Origin: Haliotis cracherodii
Taxonomy: Eukaryota
Length of the DNA: 64,000 nt
NCBI RefSeq assembly: GCF_022045235.1
Contig: NW_027266265.1
Coordinates: 14,074,001 to 14,138,000 of the forward strand
Reading direction: 5' to 3'
Position 1 is the first letter of the stretch; each line of letters opens with the position of its first letter. Below are positions 13,191 through 22,382 of the stretch, in pieces. Both the position numbers and the translations under genes were made by a program. Under the pieces are notes generated by a model. That model had not been told where the DNA came from. It did no database searches and saw only the letters and a list, made by a program, of their open reading frames with translations.

Positions 13191-14046
13191 TCTGCAATTT
13201 CTTTTTAAAAACGTAGAGGGGCATTGGTCGAAATAAAACTATAATTTAAATCTTGATAAAAGATATTTTAAAATTAGTGTATTCGTAGGGTAAAGAGAAA
13301 TGTTTGCCCAGTTTTACTAAATATTAAAGCAAATGTTTGATAGAAATATAAAGCGAGTGTCCTCGATTTAAATGGTCGTTAACCCAAACGTCTGACTAAG
13401 TAACTATGCTGGCATACCCGAGAAAAGCGTGAAATATACTTTATTATTTATTTAGAGATGAAATAATATATTTATCTGAAATATTAAATCGCTATTTCAC
13501 ACTGGTGAAAATAACACTTTTTGCTATATACTTATATACTTTCAGTCTGCCTAATTGACAGTGATTTTCAGACTTAGACATATAAGATAAGTGAGTAAAT
13601 AATTAATAAAACATTGAACTTCGCATATGAAAATATCATTGTGCCTCAACATGTCCAAGTGTTCAGAACAAATCTTACAGCTGATGTTTGCAATGTCTTG
13701 AATTACATGGATTTGCCGACAAAGGGAATTTTGTTTGTGTAAGATTCAAGTCTCCGAACACCCCTGAGCGTTCACGTTACATTATAACTTTCATTGATTT
13801 TATAATCCGAATATTTCATAACAGTCCTGCATGGTAGCGACAAAGGTATGCTAAGGCACGCGTTAAATCTTGCATACCGTGCCCCTCTGTCGTTGTTATG
13901 GTGTTATCCATGGCCAGTGTTATAGTGTAGAACTAAGCGGGCACGAACTCGCATACGTTTTGTTTGACACTATACCAGCTTTATCACGGGAGCCTGGAAA
14001 TAACCGAGCCTTGGTCAGACAAACCATTGGTTGACTTAATGAGAAC

Positions 14047-14570
14047 GCGTTTACATCACGTACATGGCCACGTATACATCACGTATATGACCACGTATAC
14101 ATCACGTACATAGCATCGTATACATCACGTACATGGCCACGTATACATCACATACATAACCACGTTTACATCACGTACACAGCCACATTTACATCACGTA
14201 CATAGCCACGTATACATCACGTACATAGCCACGTTTACATCACGTACATAGCCACGTATACATCACGTACACAGCCACGTATACATCACGTACATAGCCA
14301 CGTATACATCACGTACACAGCCACGTTTACTTCACGTACACAGCCACATTTGCATCACGTACATAGCCACGTATACATCACGTACATAGCCACGTATACA
14401 TCACGTACATAGCCACGTTTACATCACGTACATAGCCACGTAGACATGCACGTACATAGCCACGTTTACATACACGTACATTACCACGTATATTTTGCAC
14501 GCCAAGTATATATTCACGTACGTATCCAAATATACAAGCACGTACACAACCACGTACACAGCCACGTGTA
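14047..14570. repeat. 23-bp minisatellite (CACGTATACATCACGTACATAGC), ~20 units, degenerating rightwards
   Basis: Direct reading. Confidence 0.9.
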
Positions 14571-14655
14571 CATTTTTTTATCTGATTATCGGACAGTAGT
14601 AGAAAGTACTTGACACATGCGTCGACCCTAGGCTGGAGCGCACGACCAATATGTT

Positions 14656-15050
14656 CATCAACTAGGTCAGACAATCTCGTGTGTATACATCAACCAGGTC
14701 AGACATGCTCGTCTGTGTACTTACACCAGGTCAGACAATCTCGTGTGTATACATCAACCAGGTCAGACAAACGCGTGTGTTTTCATCAACCAGGTCAAAC
14801 AAGCTCGTCTGTGTACTTACACCAGGTCAGACAAGCTCGTGTGTGTGCATCAACCAGGTCAGACAATCTCGTGTGTGTACTTACACCAGGTCAGACAAGC
14901 TCGTGTGTGTGCATCAACCAGGTCAGACAATCTCGTGTGTGTACTTACACCAGGTCAGACAAGCTCGTGTGTGTGCATCAACCAGGTCAGACAATCTCGT
15001 CTGTGTACTTACACCAGGTCAGACAAGCTCGTGTGTGGACCTCAACCAGT
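14656..15050. repeat. 32-bp minisatellite with alternating A/B monomers (64-bp higher-order unit), ~12 monomers
   Basis: CCAGGTCAGACAAGCTCGTGTGTGTGCATCAA alternates with CCAGGTCAGACAATCTCGTGTGTGTACTTACA. Confidence 0.9.
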
Positions 15051-15239
15051 CACTGTTAAGAGATAATCAGATTGACGTCCCCCATGCAAGTACGTAGTTT
15101 TAGACGTTGTAAATAATAACAAAAAGCAGTTTCTTCAGTGACATAATCGGCGATTATTTTATACACGGAATTACAAGAATCTATAATCAAAGAACACCAA
15201 ACAGTTTATAAAGTTTGTTCCTTATGGCGAGGGTCGTAA

Positions 15240-16653
15240 TTACATTTCGCGACGGACCTTTCCAACTGGCATTTCCTTTGTGAATCTCACAGAAAGGTTC
15301 CTGGAGGATCGGGTTGGTTTCTTTTCAGCATCATGTCCTCTTTTGCTGTCTTTCAGAATGGATCTTACACTGGAAGTGACCTTCAACTTGGTTTCATTTA
15401 TATCTGTGGCCTTGGCCTTGGCCAAGTTGTCACCGGAAGCAGAGAAGTCTGTTTTGACATGTGAGATCCTGCTTCGAACCTTGTCCTTTGACTTTCCTGT
15501 GTAAGGTCTTCGAGCCTTCCTTGGTTGAACTGGAGGACTGACGCTGGAGGAACTGGTCCGCTTATTGGCAGGAGTGTGACAGGTCAGAAGGGCAGTCTGG
15601 CGCTGGAGAGCTGCCAGCTCTTCCTCCAGCTTCTTCCTCTGCTCCACCTCTGTCTGCTTCTCCTTCTCCCAGTCCCCCGCCAGTCCATCTAGCGTCTGCT
15701 TCAGTTCCTGGACCTCAGCCTGCGCCATTGTGTAACTGAGACGATAGTTGTAATACTCCAGCCTATAGTCCTGCCTCTCCGACTCAACTTTCAGCCTTAA
15801 GGCGTTCTCCTCCCGAAGTTGTCGGGCCTGTCGCTCGTTCTCCTCTCTCAGCTTCTGGTTCTCATTGAAAAGGTGATCGAGAAGACTGAAGAAGATATGT
15901 CGATATTTAAGATGTTTTGGCTTAAATTTCTATCTTTCACAAATACATTATATCTATACAATTATAATGAGATATATTTTTATAATTTCATCATTTAGTA
16001 GGATTTATTCCAATATTAGACACATTGCAACCAAATGACAGCTGGGTACATCCAGAATGGACATTGCTGCTCTACAAAAGCAGGGTAGTAACGGTAAACG
16101 CATATCATCTACGCTGTGCAACGTTATAGCTTTTGATCTGTCAGAGAATAAGATCAATCGGTTCTTGATTAAAATCGTCAGCTTATGTGATCTCACATCG
16201 AAGGAAAGTCATACTAAATCGTGCCTACCTTTCCTCCAAATCTCCGACTTGAGCTTTCAGGTCCATGTACTGAACTGGAAACAAAAACGATTAACATTTT
16301 ATACAAACAATAGACTCTTTTCCATATTTTGAGGTAGGCTGACTGACATTTCCCTTAGGGTTTATATTTCCTATAGGAATACATGGACCTTGATCAGATC
16401 GGTACATCCATAGACTCCCATTGTAACTAACTGCTTCAATATTGTAATTTCTTCAAACACACAGATGGTGTTATTGTTTCGACTTCTATTTAGTTTGCAT
16501 AGCACGCGGAAAATAGGAGACTATCCTACCAAGTAAATCTTGATGCAGTTCTGGCGTTCTTGGACTACGAGGGTTAGACTGACGCTCGTCCGCCTCGAGT
16601 ATGGGGGAGAGTAGTTTCCTACTCTTCAGTCGTTCTTGTGGATACATCTTCAT
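15240..16653 (-). CDS. Array gene copy 1 (inverted), 271-aa coiled-coil protein; complement(join(15240..15885,16229..16274,16530..16653)); exon 1 ~16921-17035
   Basis: Exons of 124, 46 and 646 nt with GT/AG sites, identical in length to all other copies; open frame. Confidence 0.85.
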
Positions 16654-17029
16654 CTGTGGGATAAAAATACATCTAATATGAATTTAGGAATTTGAACATT
16701 TACATTGCAGACTGAGATTTGATCCACACAGAACTAATTTATCTATGACACAATAAATTGAAAGTGATCCAAATCTATAAAAAAAAATTCCGAAATTACA
16801 TTGTAGACTAGGTGTTAATGAATACAAATGTAATTTACGGATAAACAAACGTAGAGTCGTGAAATATAGATGTGAAAGTTGGTTAACAAACAAAATCTAT
16901 CAGAAAAAGTAATGGCTTACCTGATACTGAGATGAGGTGTAGACTTGTGCAAGTAGACACAGACCAGCAACAAATGTGAAGTTTTGCAGCAGCAACAGAT
17001 GTACGTCTGAACACCACCAAGTTGTGTCG

Positions 17030-17110
17030 GCGACTGATTGGGAACCATCAACGTCGTCATGGAACCATTCTGTGACGTCATTTCCACTGTTTCTGTCTAT
17101 GACGTCACTC
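17030..17110 (-). promoter_or_regulatory. Copy 1 core promoter: two TGACGTCA CREs plus TCAGTC initiator
   Basis: Same block as in all other copies; similarity to them collapses just upstream of the distal CRE. Confidence 0.6.
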
Positions 17111-17184
17111 ATTGTTGAGGACGCATGGTGCAGTCGGGGTCCGTTTTCTCCATATCCACCATTACCTGCGCAGGTTGACACCAG

Positions 17185-17293
17185 GGCCCACTTGCACAAA
17201 GCGATCTTAGCGCTGGGACTATTTTGCAAGCCTAAGATAAAGTATGGGAGTTACGATCATCTTAGCGCTAAGATCGCTTTGTGCCAGTGGGCC
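17185..17293. mobile_element. PIF/Harbinger-like MITE
   Basis: ~30-bp TIRs GGCCCACTTGCACAAAGCGATCTTAGCGCT and a perfect 3-bp CAG TSD. Confidence 0.8.
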
Positions 17294-17596
17294 CAGTATC
17301 AGCTTACATCAGTAGAAGGCTTGTAGGGAATGGAACATAGACTTGTATTGACATACCCCTATTGATATTGCAAAAAGGACATTCAAAGAAATGGGAAACA
17401 AAAAATGTCACATTTTTCTCCACACAGACAAATTTTATCTTTGTCACAAATGGTCCATGTTTTCCAGTTTTCCCCCAAAGTAAAGCTATATTGGAACGTG
17501 TTTAATATTGATTTTCTGAAGGATGAATCTGATTGAGATTTCCTCACTGATTTCGGAAGTCTGTTCTACATAAGTATTGTTATCGGCATGAAATAA

Positions 17597-17870
17597 TGTT
17601 GGTTGGTTGGTTGGTTTGTTGTTTAACGCTGCACTCAGCAATATTCCAGCTATATGACGGCGGTCTGTAAATAATCGAGTCTTGACCAGACAATCCAGTG
17701 ATTGATATCATGAGCATCGATCCACGCAATTGGGATCGATGACATGCATCAACCAAGTCAGCGAGCCTGACCACACGATCCTATTAGTCGCCTTTTACGA
17801 CAAGCATAGTCGCCTTTTACGGCAAGCATGGGTTGCTGAAGATCTATTCTACCCCGGAATCTTCACGGGT
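17597..17870 (-). mobile_element. Family C SINE-like element (well preserved)
   Basis: Full reverse-complement copy from ACCCGTGAAGA to the (AACC)n tail. Confidence 0.8.
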
Positions 17871-18007
17871 ATTGAGAGTTACGTAGGCTCGAACGTCACT
17901 GTTCATTCATAACTGCGAAATGCATATATATTAACTTCACAATACAGGTACAAACTTAAGATTCTAACTTAAAGCCATACAAGATATCGTTAAACTTCAC
18001 AAGTTGC

Positions 18008-18286
18008 GGGGACACGGGTGGCCCAGTCTTCTAAGGGGCCGCAATTCGCTGTGCAGAGTTGCGTCCCTTGTGCACGCTAGAAACCTATGATTGTGTGTTC
18101 CAATCCCGGTTCGCTCCGATTATGTTTCTAGGTTTGACATCATCATACCCGTGCTCGTGGGTTTCACCGATGTGGTAAATGTCTGAGACCTGCATCACTT
18201 CGGGATTTCCTCCCAAATTAAGCTGACACGCCGTGATATAACTGGAATAATGTTAAACCCAACTCACTCACTCACTCACTCACTCA
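18008..18286 (+). mobile_element. tRNA-derived SINE, family B
   Basis: Homologous to 926-1207; (ACTC)n tail. Confidence 0.8.
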
Positions 18287-18955
18287 CAAGCTGCATATAC
18301 ATAAGAGACACGAGCAATGCATTGCTTCATGAATCTACCAGTGTTACCACTGAATTGGAAACTTTGGTAAAACCTATTCCGCAGAATCGAGCAACATATT
18401 TTGAACACATTATCTCATATCAAAAAGCGTCAGTGTTAAAAAAAACCATCTGCCCGAAGGCCCGAGGCCGACAGATTTGTTCTCGGGCTGATAGTTTTAA
18501 ATTTCAGCAGGCCCTTACGACCTGCAGTTTATTTAAGTAATTATTTATAAAGCATTATTTAAGTAATGTTATAAGCATAACTTTCATCTATAAACAGTAG
18601 GACTAGACCTTTCAAATGGTATAAGGCATGAAGTCAAAGAGATGCGTTACAAACTGATAATATCCTGATAAACGTAGGCTTTCTATCACCATGTTAAGAC
18701 CTGCACCATGACTGTGAAATATTATAATATTAATTCTATGGGAAAAAAACCAATCTAGATATGTATACAAAAGCAAGTCTAGCTAGCTCTAGATAGCAAC
18801 GGGAACATGATTTTGTGTAATATAAGATTTCATGGAGTAAACGTTTGTCTACGTCTCTTGGAATTCGGTGTGATAGCAGTAACATTTCTGGTTGACTCGT
18901 TGTGTTTTGTAATTTATATTGCAAGAGTAGGTCTCCCTGCTTCAGCTAAGATATT

Positions 18956-19052
18956 TGGGCCTACAGTTTTTCCACTGGGCCTACAGTTTTTCCACTGGGC
19001 CTACAGTTTTTCCACTGGGCCTACAGTTTTTCCACTTGGCCTACAGTTTTTT
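18956..19052. repeat. 20-bp minisatellite (TGGGCCTACAGTTTTTCCAC), ~4.7 units
   Basis: Direct reading. Confidence 0.9.
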
Positions 19053-19130
19053 TAAGGCTCTCAGTTTACTCTGCTGAGATTTAGACACTGAGTATTAACT
19101 CGAGTTGAATGGCATGTTTATTACGACCTG

Positions 19131-19237
19131 GGCCCCGTTTCATAAAGTGATCGTACCGTTACGACTGTCGTAAGTCCATGTTAAACTAGGGGAGTTACGA
19201 TAGTCGTAGCGTTACGGTCGCTTTGTGAAACTGGGCC
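19131..19237. mobile_element. PIF/Harbinger-like MITE, specific to copy 2
   Basis: TIRs GGCCCCGTTTCATAAAG / CTTTGTGAAACTGGGCC; CTG/ATG flanks. The empty site ACAACCTGGAGTGTTAG is seen upstream of copies 4, 5, 7 and 8. Confidence 0.8.
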
Positions 19238-19846
19238 ATGGAGTGTTAGTTGAAACGTTAACGCACTAGAAGAGCTTCATGTAAATTTTCAAAGTAGGAA
19301 ATTACCAGTGAGTATTGTTCATATGAACAGATTACTGACATATATTTGAAAATCATGGATTATCTTTTTAATCAACACGGGCTGTTACATGCAATATAAC
19401 ACAAAAGACACGGGCATAATATTATAACAACGCATAACATACTTCATCCGGTAATCAGTGGCGAGTGCACCTAACAAAAAGGGACATAACTCCGCAATGA
19501 CTAATTTTAGTCCAGTGTAACCCAGCCGTGGATGATTGCGATTCATTTTCCATGTGTTTTGTTCACTTGTGATCTTAACTGCTCCACCTCGAGTATCAAA
19601 CTGTAAAATAAACTATTATGAAATGTGACCGCGTGTTAGATGTGAGTGAAACACTTGGTATTTCTAAATGTATAGTAATCATGGAATTAAAGATGCATCC
19701 TGACGTCTTTGACTGCTTTGACAGGATAATTAATCTGGTTCCCGACTCTGTGCGTCTTCAACACTCACATTTTATATGTGTCGTGAAGAGACGGAGCCCA
19801 GCTTAGGCTTACATAAAGCTGTACCGTGCATGGTAAACACTGTCAG

Positions 19847-20033
19847 TGACGTCATAGACAGAAACAGTGGAAATGACGTCACAGAATGGTTCCATGACGA
19901 CATTGATGGTTCCCACTCAGTCGCCGACACAACTTGGTGGTGTTCAGACGTACATCTGTTGCTGCTGCAAAACTTCACATTTGTTGCCGGTCTGTGTCTA
20001 CTTGCACAAGTCTACACCTCATCTCAGTATTAG
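19847..20033 (+). promoter_or_regulatory. Copy 2 promoter and non-coding exon 1: CREs at 19847-19854 and 19874-19881, Inr TCAGTC at ~19917, donor after 20033. The same block precedes every copy.
   Basis: Two perfect TGACGTCA palindromes, an initiator consensus, an ATG-free ~115-nt leader and an AG|GTAAG donor. Confidence 0.6.
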
Positions 20034-20384
20034 GTAAGCTATGTCAGTTTAACTCCTACAGTTGGTTTACTTTTACTGATAGCCTTTGTTTCCTAACCCT
20101 CGTTCACATCTATATTTCACGGCTCTGAAATTCTTTATCAGTAAATTACCTTTGTATTTATTGACACTCCGTCTCCAATGTAATTACGGAACTCAAATGT
20201 TTCTGTGTTTTTCTGATAGATTTTCACGCACAGCTGGCACGTGTAGATTGAATCACTTTGCCTATTTGTCTGATGTTTTAGTTATTGTTTTATCCATAAC
20301 TTAGTTCTGTTTGGATCAAATCTCAGTCTGCAATGTAAATACTCAAATTCCTAAATTCAAATGTGATTATGTTTTTTCCCACAG

Positions 20385-21575
20385 ATGAAGATGTATCCAC
20401 AAGAACGACTGAAGAGGAGGAAACTACTCTCCCCCATACTCGAGGCGGACGAGCGTCAGTCTAACCCTCGTAATTCAAGAAGGCCAGAACTACATCAAGA
20501 TTTACTTGGTAGGAAATCCTGAATTTATGATACAAAACAAATTAAATGCAAGATATCATTATTTGATGTGTTTGTTTGAAGCAATTACAGTTACATTCCA
20601 AGTATGTTTTGGTCTTTATATAACAGTGGAATCGAGTCGGGTGTTTGTACTTTTGTTTTTGTTTTCGTTTCCAGTTCAGTACATGGACCTGAAATCTCAA
20701 GTCGGAGATTTGGAGGAAAGGTAGGCACTGTTTCGTTCGATATTCATGAACGTTCTTTCGACGTGACAGGTCATAGAAACGACCATTTTAATTTAATCCA
20801 GAACCAACACAATCTTCTTCTCTGTCAGCCATGAGACTAATCGTATTAATCGTACTAATGTACATCTCATTCAAATATCGTAGATAAAATGACTTTGATA
20901 ACCGATATCTTCTGAACTGTCTTTTTCAGTCTTCTCGATCACCTTTTCAATGAGAACCAGAAGCTGAGAGAGGAGAACGAGCGACAGGCCCGACAACTCC
21001 GGGAGGAGAACACCTTAAGGCTGAAAGTTGAGTCGGAGAGACAGGACTATAGATTGGAGTATTTCAACTATCGTCTCAGTTACACAATGGCGCAGGCTGA
21101 GCTCCAGGAACTCAAGCAGACGCTAGAGGGACTGGCGGGGGACTGGGAGAAGGAGAAGCAGACAGAGATGGAGCAGAGGAAGAAGCTGGAGGAAGAGCTA
21201 GCAGCTCTCCAGCGCCAGACTGCCCCTCTGACCTGTCACACTCCTGCCAATAAGCGGACCAGTTCCTCCAGCGTCAGTCCTCCAGTTCAACCAAGGAAGG
21301 CTCGAAGACCTTACACAGGAAAGTCAAAAGACAAAGTTCCAAGCAGGATCTCACAGGTGAAGACAGACTTCTCTGCTTCCGGTGACAATTTGGCCAAGGC
21401 CAAGGCCACATATAAGAATGAAACCAAGTTGAAGGCCACTCCTGGTGTAAGATCCATTCTGAAAGACACAAAGAGAGGACAGGATGCTGAAAAGAAGCCA
21501 ACCCGATCCTCCAGGAACCTTTCTGTTAGATTCACAAAGGAAATGCCAGTTGGAAAGATCCGTCACGAAATGTAA
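20385..21575 (+). CDS. Array gene copy 2, 271 aa; join(20385..20508,20675..20720,20930..21575)
   Basis: Splices to MKMYPQERLKRRKLLSPILEADERQSNPRNSRRPELHQDLL-VQYMDLKSQVGDLEE-SLLDHLFNENQKLREENERQARQLREE...SILK...RNLSVRFTKEMPVGKIRHEM*; 816 nt, intron phases consistent. Confidence 0.88.
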
Positions 21576-22208
21576 TTACGACCCTCGCCACAAGGAACAA
21601 ACTTTATAAACAGTTTAATTGTTGGTTCTTTAATTCATATTGATTTCACACTCTTGTAATTCCGTGTGTAAAATAATCGCTGATTATCTTGTGCATGTGT
21701 CATTGTTTCTCTGTTAACATCTGGGTAATATATCACGTTACTGAAGAAACTGCTTTGTGTTTGTATTTACAACCTCATCAATTATGTGGGAAGTCAATGA
21801 TCACCTCTTAACTCTGACCAGGATGATGCATGTCCGTCATGCCCCAAAGTCGTGGGTCGATGCTCACGCTTTCTACCACTGGTTTGCCTGATCCTGTGCA
21901 CACACTGTCACGCTTCGCGGGAATAGATCACGATAGATCGGTATGGGGCGTTAATTTAGTTTGAAATTAACCTTAAATTTAATCTATGCATGGAGAAAAT
22001 TGAATGTGTCTATATTCGCTATACAGAAATTTGTAGAAGAGATATGAAATGCCTTGTTGAAAGTTGATAAAAAAACTTTCCTATTTGCCTTTAGGTTAAT
22101 ATCGAACCCTTATGCTATATAGTCATACTTATTACCCACGTGGTGAAGATACAGGACTACTTTTTTCATTCATAAGATTTCGCGAGACGTCATTCATTTT
22201 GGGTTTAG

Positions 22209-22377
22209 TGAGTGAGTGAGTGAGTTTGATTTTACGCCGCTTTTAGCAATGTTCCAGCAATATAACGGCGGGGGACACCAGAAATGGGCTTCACACATTG
22301 TACCCATGTTGGGATTCGAACCCGAGTCTTCGGTGTGACGAGCGAACGCTTTAACCACTAGGCTACCCGACCGCCCC
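22209..22377 (-). mobile_element. tRNA-derived SINE, family A
   Basis: Head GGGGCGGTCGGGTAGCCTAGTGGTTAAAGCG, B-box GGGTTCGAATCCC, (ACTC)n tail; TSD-like TTTTG(G/T)GTTTAG. Confidence 0.85.
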
Positions 22378-22382
22378 TTTTG

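Noticed and set aside
12795-15097. ORFs of 98-149 aa at 12.8-15.1 kb
   Set aside because: They arise from the 25-, 23- and 32-bp minisatellites.
19776-20033. Recurrent 83-88-aa ORF MCREETEPS...SSQY before each copy, as a second gene or uORF
   Set aside because: It spans the CRE promoter and 5'UTR, is frameshifted by a 10-nt insertion in copy 3, has an internal TAG in copy 8 and lacks its 5' part in copy 1. Recurrence is explained by duplication.
20930-21330. Assignment of the array protein to shugoshin or KNL1
   Set aside because: A coiled coil plus a basic region is suggestive, but there is no recognisable SGO motif (V.Y.EP.L..KLR), no MELT repeats and no RWD domain. A profile search is needed.
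21274-21566. Antisense ORFs over exon 4 (MNLTERFLED..., MTDLSNWHF...)
   Set aside because: Shadow frames of the real CDS, repeated only because the gene is repeated.
22209-22377. SINE heads (families A and B) as tRNA genes
   Set aside because: They have A/B boxes but no complete cloverleaf, and continue into SINE bodies with tails and TSDs.
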